From Candidatus Latescibacterota bacterium (GTDB lineage: Bacteria; Latescibacterota; UBA2968; GCA-2709665), in the NCBI GenBank assembly GCA_965237675.1, contig OZ250150.1, positions 800,001 to 864,000 on the forward strand: 64,000 nt of DNA, written 5' to 3'. Under the pieces are notes generated by a model. The model was not told the DNA's origin. It saw only the letters and a list, made by a program, of their open reading frames with translations, and searched no databases. The first letter of the stretch is position 1; every line of letters starts with the position of its first letter. The translations under genes were made by a program, and so were the position numbers. This document shows, piece after piece, positions 1-8,906 of this stretch.

Positions 1-5
1 AAACC

Positions 6-392
6 ATGACGGGCGAGATGCCGGCCATCACCCTGGACATTGCCGAGGACGTCGAAAAAGATAGTCCGGCGCACCTGGAACTCCGTGTCCGCCTCGACCA
101 GTGGGTGGTCGGCGATCAGGTTCGGGTATTCTGGGACGGGCGAGAACAAAGAGACCCTGAAATCCGCTACTGCGTAATGGACAACACCAATCCTCCGGGC
201 GGCGCCTTCCAGCCTCCGCCGGGCATTCGCCGCATTTCCGACGTGAGCCGAGCGGCATGGCTTTGCTTCCCGCTTCGCCCCTCGGAAATCGCCCAGGGGA
301 AGCATGCCGTCAGGGTGGGACTGATTGAACGCCATCCGCAATTGGCGTGCGATCTTGTCCTGACGGACGTGGAAGTGGTCGTTCGATACTGA
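6..392 (+). CDS. C-terminal part of a GHL10-like (putative glycoside hydrolase) paralogue; 5' end probably outside the window
   Basis: C-terminus GKHAVRVGLIERHPQLACDLVLTDVEVVVRY aligns by eye with the tails of the ORFs at 1221-2687 (GHNLLEISLQERPP...VEDVDIFVEY) and 2745-4328 (GTNTLEVFLLERDP...LRDVELEIKY). Confidence 0.7.
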   Translation: MTGEMPAITLDIAEDVEKDSPAHLELRVRLDQWVVGDQVRVFWDGREQRDPEIRYCVMDNTNPPGGAFQPPPGIRRISDVSRAAWLCFPLRPSEIAQGKHAVRVGLIERHPQLACDLVLTDVEVVVRY

Positions 393-533
393 CACAAACG
401 TCCCACGCCATTCAAATTCCGTGATGGAGCAGGCAGCTTTAGGTCTCCCACATCGGGAGAACGAGACGCTTCAAAAAGCCGCCGAACACGGACAGGCGGG
501 ACAAACGGCAAATTCGGAAAGAAGGGAGATGCT

Positions 534-1118
534 ATGGCTGTTACCGATACACTGCGCGAGAAAGTTCGCGCCGAGTTACCGGAGGCCGGGGAAATCGTCG
601 ATGCTGCGCTGAGGGAGAAGGTCATCGAGGCGTGGGCGGCGGCGCTGGCGGCCAGCAGCTTCGGATCGATTGCCGAGATCCGGCCATCCGGAAATCCCGA
701 TACACCGCCCCTGAAAAAGGGGACGCAGACCGACCACATCCGCGGGGTGACCCGCCTGGCGATGCGGATGGCCGACGAACTCGCAGCGATGTTTCCGGAT
801 CTGGGAATCAACAGGGACATCCTCATTGCCGGCGCGATCTGCCACGACGTCGGCAAGCCCTGGGAGTTCGATCCGGTAAATCAGGCGCGCTGGAAGCGCG
901 CGCCGGGGGCAGCCGGGTGGCCATCCATACGCCATCCGGCCTACGGGGTACACGTGTGTCTGAGCGTGGGGCTGCCTGAGGAGGTTGCCCATATTGCAGG
1001 CGGGCATTCGGGGGAAGGAGAACTGGTGGTGCGGAGCCTCGAGAATACCGTCGTGAACGCGGCGGACTACGCCTTCTGGCGGGTGCTGCGGGCCGGGGGG
1101 CTGTTGGCGGAGGACTGA
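534..1118 (+). CDS. HD-domain phosphohydrolase
   Basis: DHIRGV...GAICHDVGKP HD motif with further His/Asp residues; GGGAGA RBS upstream. Confidence 0.85.
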   Translation: MAVTDTLREKVRAELPEAGEIVDAALREKVIEAWAAALAASSFGSIAEIRPSGNPDTPPLKKGTQTDHIRGVTRLAMRMADELAAMFPDLGINRDILIAGAICHDVGKPWEFDPVNQARWKRAPGAAGWPSIRHPAYGVHVCLSVGLPEEVAHIAGGHSGEGELVVRSLENTVVNAADYAFWRVLRAGGLLAED

Positions 1119-1220
1119 GAAACAAGCCGTTCTGGAACCGTGGCGGCGCGGAAATCTCAGAGAAAAAACAAGAGGAGCGCACAGCCTGAACGCTCCGGCC
1201 CGCGTCCGAGGGGTATTTGA

Positions 1221-2687
1221 TCAGTCCCCGGGGTTCGCTGGATACGTACCGTATTCGACGAAGATGTCCACGTCTTCGACCACGATCCCACCTTCGAAGC
1301 CGGGAGGCCTTTCCTGCAGGGATATTTCAAGCAAATTGTGGCCCTTCCGGGGACGGGCCTTTTCCAGGTCGAACTCCAGCAGTTGCCCCGCGTACGGATC
1401 CCGGGATCGGATCGGGGCGCGGCGACAGGACCCGGTGTCCAGCCGGGTGTCATTCAGGCGGATCTCGAGTCTGTCGGCCGAGACGAGATTGTTTATGCCG
1501 ATCCGGAGGCGGATGCTCCGTATGCGGTCATTTTCAGGGTCGTCGGCGATGGAGAAAGGGATCTGACGGAATTTTTCCGGGTCCGGTGAGGGGATCTCGA
1601 GGGGCAGCGAGGCGCCGTAGTCAAATTCGGATGCAGCGTCACAGCGGCGGCGAAGGAAGTAGTGTTTATCGGCTTCATGTACGAGGCTGGAATCGCCCAG
1701 TTGAGCGAGGAGACTTCGCCCGGATTCACCCAGAGGCCAGGGAAGAAACCAGGTGTAGAGGCCGTCGACGTCGAGTTCCCGGAAATTCGCGGCGGCCGCC
1801 CGCATCATGGCGGCGGTGGCGTTGTCAGCCGGCTGGAATCGCCGGCTTTCGTCGCTGCTGTAGGGTTGAAGCATGCCGTAGACCGAAACGTCGTATTCGT
1901 GCGCGGCCTGCACGAGCCAGCCGATGGGCATATTCGCGTCCAGGACGAAGTCAATGTAGAGCATGGGAACGACGAAGTCGACCAGGCCTTCCCGGAGCCA
2001 GGTCTGCACGTCCAGTCCGGTCTTCAGGTTCAGTTCTTCGGTGGGGTAGACCCGGGCGCCGATCTGGGCGGGAACCCCCGGACGGCCGCGGACGATCTCA
2101 GCGGCATCCCGGACGAAGTCGGTCATAACCGGTGTGTATTCGGACACGTCCTCGGGCCCGAGCCAGAAGGGACTACCCCCGGGAGCGGCGGCGAAGTCCA
2201 GTTCCACGCCTTCGACGGGGTACCGTGTGGCGAGTTCTTTCAGTACGGCCCACTGATGGTCGCGCACTTCGGTGTGGAAAAAACCCCGCCCTCCGGTGTC
2301 GAGCGCGTGCTCCTGGGCCATGCCTCCGTAGCCGCCCATGCGCAGGCTTGCAATGAAGTCCATGCCTTTTTCGTGGGCGCGGTCGACAAGGACGGCGAGA
2401 GGGTCGAGGCCGCGGGCGATAAGGCTGTGCATGTTCTCCCAGGCGCGCCATTCGTGGGCGTGTTGAAAGGGACGCCGATCTTCACCGAACACGAGGCCGA
2501 TCCCGGAGGGGTAAAAGAGCCCATCGGAACGGGAAACACCGTAGACGAAGGTGTCAACCGCGGTGCCGGCGACTTCATCTACGGGCGCCCAGGCGTCTTC
2601 CAGCCGCATCGGCGGTTCGAAGACAAATAGGTAGTAGTGGCGTGCGTCGTTGAAGTAGATGGTGCGGCGCTTTCTCATCACTGACAC
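1221..2687 (-). CDS. GHL10-like TIM-barrel protein with C-terminal beta domain
   Basis: YFNDARH start, AHEKGMDFIASLRM, YPVEGVELDF and DVQTWLREGLVD motifs; paralogue of the adjacent ORF. Confidence 0.7.
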   Translation of the reverse strand: MSVMRKRRTIYFNDARHYYLFVFEPPMRLEDAWAPVDEVAGTAVDTFVYGVSRSDGLFYPSGIGLVFGEDRRPFQHAHEWRAWENMHSLIARGLDPLAVLVDRAHEKGMDFIASLRMGGYGGMAQEHALDTGGRGFFHTEVRDHQWAVLKELATRYPVEGVELDFAAAPGGSPFWLGPEDVSEYTPVMTDFVRDAAEIVRGRPGVPAQIGARVYPTEELNLKTGLDVQTWLREGLVDFVVPMLYIDFVLDANMPIGWLVQAAHEYDVSVYGMLQPYSSDESRRFQPADNATAAMMRAAAANFRELDVDGLYTWFLPWPLGESGRSLLAQLGDSSLVHEADKHYFLRRRCDAASEFDYGASLPLEIPSPDPEKFRQIPFSIADDPENDRIRSIRLRIGINNLVSADRLEIRLNDTRLDTGSCRRAPIRSRDPYAGQLLEFDLEKARPRKGHNLLEISLQERPPGFEGGIVVEDVDIFVEYGTYPANPGD

Positions 2688-2744
2688 TTCCTGTCAAGTC
2701 CGGTCGTGCTTCACCGGATGAAAAAGGGCTGTGATCCGCTGCAA

Positions 2745-4328
2745 TTACTCCCCCGAAGGCTCGGACGGGCCCAAATCCGGATCATCGATCCGGTGGAAGT
2801 TCCTGCCCATGAGGTACTTGATCTCAAGTTCCACGTCGCGAAGATAGATTTGTGCCGTAACGTCCGGGTCCCGTTCGAGCAGGAAAACCTCAAGCGTGTT
2901 GGTCCCTTCTATGGGCCAGCGGGCGCGGTCCGGCCGGAAGACGAACCAGTAGCCGGAGTCGGTCCGGTAGCGGGGGGCGCTCATCCGGTACATCTCGTTG
3001 ATTCTGCGTAGTTGTCCGTCCGGAAGGTCTTTGCCGTTGAGGCGGAAGCGGAACCGGTCGCGTTCCGTGGTGTTCATGATCCTTACGCGCAGAACCACGT
3101 CGTACACCCGTCCGGTTTCGTGCCAGCGGGGAAGGTCGTCGCTGATCCTGAATGCGACGCGGGTCGGTTCTTCCACGGCCAGAGCGGCGGGCAGGTGCAT
3201 GGCAACGCCGGGTTCGGTGACGGGTCTGGGGTACCGGCCGGTCTCGGTTGGAACATAGTAGTGCTTGTCCCTCGGGGCCATAACGTCCGGGTGCGGAAGT
3301 TCCCGCAGCTTCTCGTAGAAAGATGCCAGGTAGGGCCAGTTGCCGAACCAGTGGGCCAGGTAGAGGCCGTCGACACCCTGGGTCCAGAAGTTGCACGCTG
3401 CCGCCCGGATCATTTCGATGGTCGCTTCGGCCAGTCGGTCGGAATCCACGTGGCTGTGCAGAGCGGCATGGACCCTGCAGCCGGTGCCTTTGGCCGCGTC
3501 GACGAGTGGGGCGAAGTCGACGGTCGAGTCGAGAAGCTCCGGGGTGGAGAACGTCTGTCCGATGAGTACGTCCACGATTCCCCGCCGAAGCCATTCCCGC
3601 ACGTCCATACCCACCTGCAGACAACCCTCGACACTGGCCGGAATGCGGATGGCGAGTTCACGTCCGCGGCCGCTATTCTTCACGGCATGGTGGACCCGAC
3701 CGATCCATTCGGTCATAATTTCACATCCTTCTTCGACCGCATCGGGGTGGAAATAATACGGCGTGTAGTTGAGTTGCAGTTCGAACCCGTCGACGGGGTA
3801 GACGCTCAGGGTTTCCTCTATGACCGCGTACCGTTCGTCCCGCACTTCCGGGTGCACGAAGTCGAGGCAGTTCACGCCGGGAAAATCAGGTTCGAGGTCT
3901 CCACGGGCGCCGATTTCCAGGTGGGCGTTTTCAAATCGGAAGTCGGAGCACCGGACATCCTCTTCGGGATCCCCGCGCCCCTGCTGGACCAGAAGGGTAG
4001 GGTAGACGAGCATGCCTTTGTCGTGGGCCCGGTCGCAGATAAGGCGCAGAGGATCGTGGCCTTCCCGGATGAGACGCATGGCGTTCCGGCTCGCCCTGTC
4101 GAAGATGAGGTGGGACCATTTCTTCACGTTGTGGCCCCAGACTTCGCCGACTTTCGTGTCGTGGAGGAAAGTGCGGCCGTCACCCAGACAGAACATGATT
4201 GCGTCCACGGGAGTGCCCGCCAGCTCGTCCACGCCGGCTTCGAATTCCTCCTTCTGAATGGGCGGCTCATACATATAGATGAGAGGGTGGCGGCCGTCGT
4301 GGTAAAACATCATGCGTGGCTGTGGCAT
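2745..4328 (-). CDS. GHL10-like TIM-barrel protein (start reassigned to MPQPRMMFYHDGRH)
   Basis: FYHDGRH, AHDKGMLVYPTL, LDFVHPEVRD, DVREWLRRGIVD; the track's N-terminal extension reads through a MITE. Confidence 0.7.
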   Translation of the reverse strand: MPQPRMMFYHDGRHPLIYMYEPPIQKEEFEAGVDELAGTPVDAIMFCLGDGRTFLHDTKVGEVWGHNVKKWSHLIFDRASRNAMRLIREGHDPLRLICDRAHDKGMLVYPTLLVQQGRGDPEEDVRCSDFRFENAHLEIGARGDLEPDFPGVNCLDFVHPEVRDERYAVIEETLSVYPVDGFELQLNYTPYYFHPDAVEEGCEIMTEWIGRVHHAVKNSGRGRELAIRIPASVEGCLQVGMDVREWLRRGIVDVLIGQTFSTPELLDSTVDFAPLVDAAKGTGCRVHAALHSHVDSDRLAEATIEMIRAAACNFWTQGVDGLYLAHWFGNWPYLASFYEKLRELPHPDVMAPRDKHYYVPTETGRYPRPVTEPGVAMHLPAALAVEEPTRVAFRISDDLPRWHETGRVYDVVLRVRIMNTTERDRFRFRLNGKDLPDGQLRRINEMYRMSAPRYRTDSGYWFVFRPDRARWPIEGTNTLEVFLLERDPDVTAQIYLRDVELEIKYLMGRNFHRIDDPDLGPSEPSGE

Positions 4329-4404
4329 CTTGCGTTCCTCACTTGCCGTAACTGGACGGGTCCCGGCGCACGTCGGGAAGCACGGGCAGGAACGGGGTCG
4401 GCTC

Positions 4405-4566
4405 GTGTTCTGTCCCTGAAATAGATTGCCTGAATTCGGCCGCCGAGTCGCCCGGCTCGCAAGGCGCCTGAGCGAGTCGACCTGCACAAGGTCGGCGAAC
4501 GAGGGGAACGCAGCGAGACAGGATGAACCGGCGGATGAATGGTGACATATTTCAGGGACGGGACAC
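4405..4566. mobile_element. MITE family A, copy 1 (162 bp)
   Basis: Imperfect TIRs GTGTTCTGTCCCTGAAATA ... TATTTCAGGGACGGGACAC; near-identical copy at 14417-14578. Confidence 0.85.
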
Positions 4567-4583
4567 CAGGGTCCTGTCCCGCA

Positions 4584-6740
4584 TCAGAGCCCAATCTCCT
4601 GGGTCGGTTGGTTTGAGATGGCGATGCTCCGCCCGTTTACCGTCAGGTGGCTGCCGCGCTGAACGAAGGCTTTCACGGGGCGGCCGTTCTGAAATTCGAT
4701 GGCGGCGGTGTGACCCGAGAAGGAGACTCCATTGGCCGAGACGGTGATGCCGGGAGCGCCATGGAACACGAGGTGGTGGTGGTCCCCCGTAGTGATTTGC
4801 AGCGCGCGAGGCAAAATCGGAGATTCGGCACGGCCCTCAATCTGACACTCGAGCGTCGTGACGCTCGCACCGGGACGCATGCCCTGATACGGCATCAGGA
4901 GGACGTCGAATGGGACGACGGGCTCCACAACGCCCCAGCCTCGAAGGGCGATGAAATACCGATCCGGCCACGGCGTGGAGGGCGGGTCGCCGGAGTAAAC
5001 CGGGATTTCCCGTATCATTTCTTCCAGGTAGTCGATTCCGGCGTACCCGTATTTGAGCTGTCTGGGGTTCGCGGGCGCAACGAGAAGGCCGGCGTCATCA
5101 CCTTCGGCAGCGGCGACAGTACCGTGTGTGGTGAAGGGAAAGACGCTATGTAAGTACCAGAGCGCGCTTCTCCGACGATGGGAGCACGCGACGGCGTCAG
5201 ATACCAAGAAACCCCATGGTTTCAAAAAGAGGATGCGGCGTTCGATGGTGACTTCCGCGCTGGCTTCGTACGCGCGGTGCCTGCCGGAGAAGAAATCGAA
5301 GGAAACGGTGCTGCCGAACTGGATGTGCTCGCCGCGGATTTCAGGGCGGGCGGAAGGAGCCCCTTCGACGACGACGTGGTTGTGCGCCTGCTCCGATCGG
5401 AAGTACATGTCCCACGGGGCATCGTAGGGGCCGAAACGGGAGACTTCGGCAACAAGGGGGATACCGCCGGCGTAGAGGTTGATGTCCAGTATGCCCATGT
5501 GGCTGTGGCCGCCGGGCCATTGCCCGTGGTTGACGAGCATGAAGGTGTCCTCCGGCTCCCAGCCGGAGCGCATCACGCAGAATTCGCTGGACTCCAGGCG
5601 CAGGCTCTCAAAACCGGGTTTGCGGGGTGCAGGGTCGATCGCGTCCAGATTGTGGCGGATGGGCCACAGATACGCGGCGTCTCCGGTGAAGGCGCCTGCC
5701 TGTTTCAGAAGCTCCGTCCCATCCATGAAGCTGCCGTCGTTGATACCCGGCAGTTCGCCCCCGGGTCCGGCCATCTTGAGGAACCAGGCGTAGGCATTTG
5801 AGGTGCGCTCCCGCCAATCCAGGGTCTGAGGCGGCAGGAGATCCGGGTTGGCCTCGGCCAGGAGGGTGGCCTCTTCCAGGTGGCGCAGGCAGCCGCTTCC
5901 GTAGGAATAACAACGTTCGCTGTGGCCGCCGTCTGCGTAATAATCCTTCTCCATGTGCTGCTCGAGGTAGTGCGCACCGACGGTACGGAAGGCGTTGGCT
6001 TCAAGGAATTCAGGCAGAAGAAAACCAATGATGAGCATAGCCGAGATGCCATGCACCTGCCAATTTCCTGCACGATAGCCCTTGGCATTTTGTTCCATAG
6101 TCAGCCAGCGGCCCGCGCCCAGGAACGACTTGAAGAACAGGCGGACGTGGTCCGCGGAGAGCAGGTGGCCTTTTTCCAGAAGCTTGACGGCGTAGAGGAA
6201 GTTCACGAACCGTTGGCTTCTTACGGAGAGGCCCAGTTCGTAAAAGACCGGATGCATCGGACGGGCGCCTGTGATTTCGTGGCGGACGGCGTACCATTGT
6301 CGGAATATTTCCAGGTAGGATTCGATGTACCGCTCGTCGCCCGTGTCCAGGGCGGCCCGAGATAAACAATCCATCCACCCGAGGTAGTGGAAGCCGTATT
6401 TGGACTGGTCGCCGAACCAGGCGTTAAACTCGACGGGACGGGAGAAGTCGAGTTCTACCTGGCCGAACTGCCAGCGCCCGCCGTTGAGGATGGTGTCGGC
6501 CAGGTCCCGGTTGGCGGCGATTCTCGGCCGGAGTTCGTCCAGGGAATGCGCGAAGGGGTTGACCGGTTTACCTCGAGCCAGAAAATGCCGCCACCAGGCG
6601 TCGAATGCCTCGTCGTAACGCCTCGAATCCGCGGCCGCGCGGATCTTCTCAAGGCCGGGGCGGTCCGTATCCAGGGCTTCGAAGAATGAGGCGTCGGTAA
6701 TGTGAACGATCCTGTCGGGGAATTCGTCGTGATGGAACAT
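4584..6740 (-). CDS. Heparinase II/III-like polysaccharide lyase family protein
   Basis: GNWQVHG, YADGGHSE, VMRSGW, GGHSHMGILD and SEQAHNHVVV motifs; GAGGAG RBS. Confidence 0.85.
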   Translation of the reverse strand: MFHHDEFPDRIVHITDASFFEALDTDRPGLEKIRAAADSRRYDEAFDAWWRHFLARGKPVNPFAHSLDELRPRIAANRDLADTILNGGRWQFGQVELDFSRPVEFNAWFGDQSKYGFHYLGWMDCLSRAALDTGDERYIESYLEIFRQWYAVRHEITGARPMHPVFYELGLSVRSQRFVNFLYAVKLLEKGHLLSADHVRLFFKSFLGAGRWLTMEQNAKGYRAGNWQVHGISAMLIIGFLLPEFLEANAFRTVGAHYLEQHMEKDYYADGGHSERCYSYGSGCLRHLEEATLLAEANPDLLPPQTLDWRERTSNAYAWFLKMAGPGGELPGINDGSFMDGTELLKQAGAFTGDAAYLWPIRHNLDAIDPAPRKPGFESLRLESSEFCVMRSGWEPEDTFMLVNHGQWPGGHSHMGILDINLYAGGIPLVAEVSRFGPYDAPWDMYFRSEQAHNHVVVEGAPSARPEIRGEHIQFGSTVSFDFFSGRHRAYEASAEVTIERRILFLKPWGFLVSDAVACSHRRRSALWYLHSVFPFTTHGTVAAAEGDDAGLLVAPANPRQLKYGYAGIDYLEEMIREIPVYSGDPPSTPWPDRYFIALRGWGVVEPVVPFDVLLMPYQGMRPGASVTTLECQIEGRAESPILPRALQITTGDHHHLVFHGAPGITVSANGVSFSGHTAAIEFQNGRPVKAFVQRGSHLTVNGRSIAISNQPTQEIGL

Positions 6741-6843
6741 GAGGTCTCCTCTGGTAGACGAAAACGCGCCATCTGCCGGGGCGCAAGCATACCGTATGAC
6801 GATATGATACCCACGGTGGTGGCAACCGGAAGTACCCGCCGGT

Positions 6844-7746
6844 CTACGGCTGGAAAGGTCGGCCGGTTCTTTTCAGGTCTTTCGTAATGCCGATCTGGCA
6901 GGTGACGTAGGCGTTTTCTCTACGGAAACCCTGCGTGTTCAGTTGCCCGGCGGCGTACCCCGGGCGGGCGTCACCGATGGTGCCGACAATGAGGTTGGCG
7001 TGTTCCACGGTTGTGGCGTATCGGTCGGCGATAAGACCGACCATGTCAGACCAGGCGATTTTCAAGGCTTCTTCCCAGTTTGCGCCCATGCCGCTGGTGA
7101 GGATTTCGTCGGGGGTTTCCACAACGGGACCGCCGGTGGGAAAGCCGGGGGACCGGTCGAAGCGCAGGGTGAGCGCGGCGTCGATTTCAACGCCGGTGGC
7201 GGTGAGTTCGCCGTCGCCCATGCGGGCGTGGACATCGCCCACATAGAAGTGACCGCCGTATCGCTGAGACCGAATATGTACGGTGCTGCCTGGACAGATG
7301 GTGTTGTAGTCCATATTGCCGCCGTGGTTCCACGGTCCCGTGTGTTCGGAGACCGGCGCCAGTTGGATGACGCCGATCATGGGGCGGGCCGGGACCACGA
7401 AGTCCGGCGGGAAGTGCAGGAGCCCGTCTCTGACGGGGGCGACGGAGCGAAGGCTGCCGCGAAACGGCCCGCCGTTGTTGTAATAGCCGTAGGGACCCAC
7501 CTCGATGTCGATGACTTCAATGGAAACCCAGTCGCCGGGGACGATACCGTCGATGAGAAACGGGCCTCCCTGGCGTGAGCCGCGCGGCGTGGTGGTTTCC
7601 GGAATGACGCCGGGCTTGAGGTCCCCGTCGGCCCCGCCGGGCGTCTCGATGACAAGGGTTTCCCCGAGTTCGATCGTGCCGCGAACCTGGCCTCGCTCCA
7701 AGGCTTCGGACCCTGTCAGATAAGGTTCTCGGGTAAAACGGCGCAT
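6844..7746 (-). CDS. Acetamidase/formamidase family protein
   Basis: RPMIGVI, HGGNMDY, GDVHARMGDGE motifs; AGGAGA RBS before MRRFTREPY. Confidence 0.85.
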   Translation of the reverse strand: MRRFTREPYLTGSEALERGQVRGTIELGETLVIETPGGADGDLKPGVIPETTTPRGSRQGGPFLIDGIVPGDWVSIEVIDIEVGPYGYYNNGGPFRGSLRSVAPVRDGLLHFPPDFVVPARPMIGVIQLAPVSEHTGPWNHGGNMDYNTICPGSTVHIRSQRYGGHFYVGDVHARMGDGELTATGVEIDAALTLRFDRSPGFPTGGPVVETPDEILTSGMGANWEEALKIAWSDMVGLIADRYATTVEHANLIVGTIGDARPGYAAGQLNTQGFRRENAYVTCQIGITKDLKRTGRPFQP

Positions 7747-7971
7747 AGGGAATCTCCTGTTCGGGAGCGCCGAGGCCCTTTTACAACTGCCGTTCCGCAC
7801 CGGCGTCCGGGTGTTCCCGGGGGTCGCGTTCCCCGGGGATCATGTTGACTCGGGTGAAACTGTAAACGCGTCGAAACCACTTGATAAACCGGTCTTGGAG
7901 AGGCATAATAGGTATTGAGAATCGGGGCGTCAAGGTTTTGAAGCAGGGACCCATGAATAGGAGCGGTGGAC

Positions 7972-8751
7972 ATGCGGATCGACGCGCATATGCACGTCGC
8001 GGGAAATCTGGCGTCGGTGGGCTGGCGGGGCAAGTGGACGGATGACCGCGCGGTCATCGAGGCGGCTGATCGGCTGGAGATCGACCAGCTTTGCTGTTCG
8101 ATACCGATTCAGGGTTTGAATACCGCCCGGACGGACGGAATGCGCGAGGTGAACGATAGCGTCCTGTACGCCATGCGGCGGTTTCCCGGGCGCATTCTCG
8201 GATATGTATTTCTGGACCCCCGGTTTCAATACGAGGCACGAAATGAGATCGACCGGTGTATTCTGAATCACGGGATGATGGGAGTGAAGCTCTATAATCA
8301 ATGTAAGTGCTGGGATCCCCTGGTGTTGCCGATCGTGGAGCGGTGCATCGATCTGGGGGTGCCGATTCTGCACCACGGGGGAAAGCAGACGCCGGTCTCC
8401 GGCAGGCCGTGGCAACGCAATCGCTCGGATAGCGGGGATTTCGCGCGGCTCGCTCGCAGGTATCCCGAAGCCGTTATTATTGAAGGGCATCCCATTGTGG
8501 GAGACTGGGAATGGGCGATCAAGACACTGCGGGAAGTCCCGAATGTGTACGTGGATACGAGCGGTAGCCTGAACGACGACGGTTTTGTTGAAATGGCGGT
8601 GCGCCAACTGGGGGCGGGTCGCGTGCTGTTCGCGACGGACGTGGCGATGGAGGCCGGGGTGGGCAAGGTGCTGGGTGCCGCAATTACGGACAGACAACGC
8701 GCGAGGATCTTCGGAGAAAACATGAGACGAATTCTGCAACATCGAGTGTAA
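7972..8751 (+). CDS. Amidohydrolase_2 family metallo-hydrolase
   Basis: IDAHMH, GVKLY, PILHH, NVYVDTSG and RVLFATD motifs. Confidence 0.85.
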   Translation: MRIDAHMHVAGNLASVGWRGKWTDDRAVIEAADRLEIDQLCCSIPIQGLNTARTDGMREVNDSVLYAMRRFPGRILGYVFLDPRFQYEARNEIDRCILNHGMMGVKLYNQCKCWDPLVLPIVERCIDLGVPILHHGGKQTPVSGRPWQRNRSDSGDFARLARRYPEAVIIEGHPIVGDWEWAIKTLREVPNVYVDTSGSLNDDGFVEMAVRQLGAGRVLFATDVAMEAGVGKVLGAAITDRQRARIFGENMRRILQHRV

Positions 8752-8906
8752 CTATTGAACAGGAAGCGCTTGACGGTACATCGTTTTTGTTTATATTCCT
8801 TTTGCCTCACTCCTGAAGAAGCGTATTAATTCGTTGTTCCGGTGTAAGCTTACGTTACATAATGCGGCAACAGGGTCGTTGCTGGATATAATGAAGGGAT
8901 CTACAG

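Noticed and set aside
4329-4487. N-terminal extension of the 580-aa ORF, and similar peptides in ORFs near 14377-14622 and 23776-24090
   Set aside because: These are translations of MITE family A, not a protein domain.
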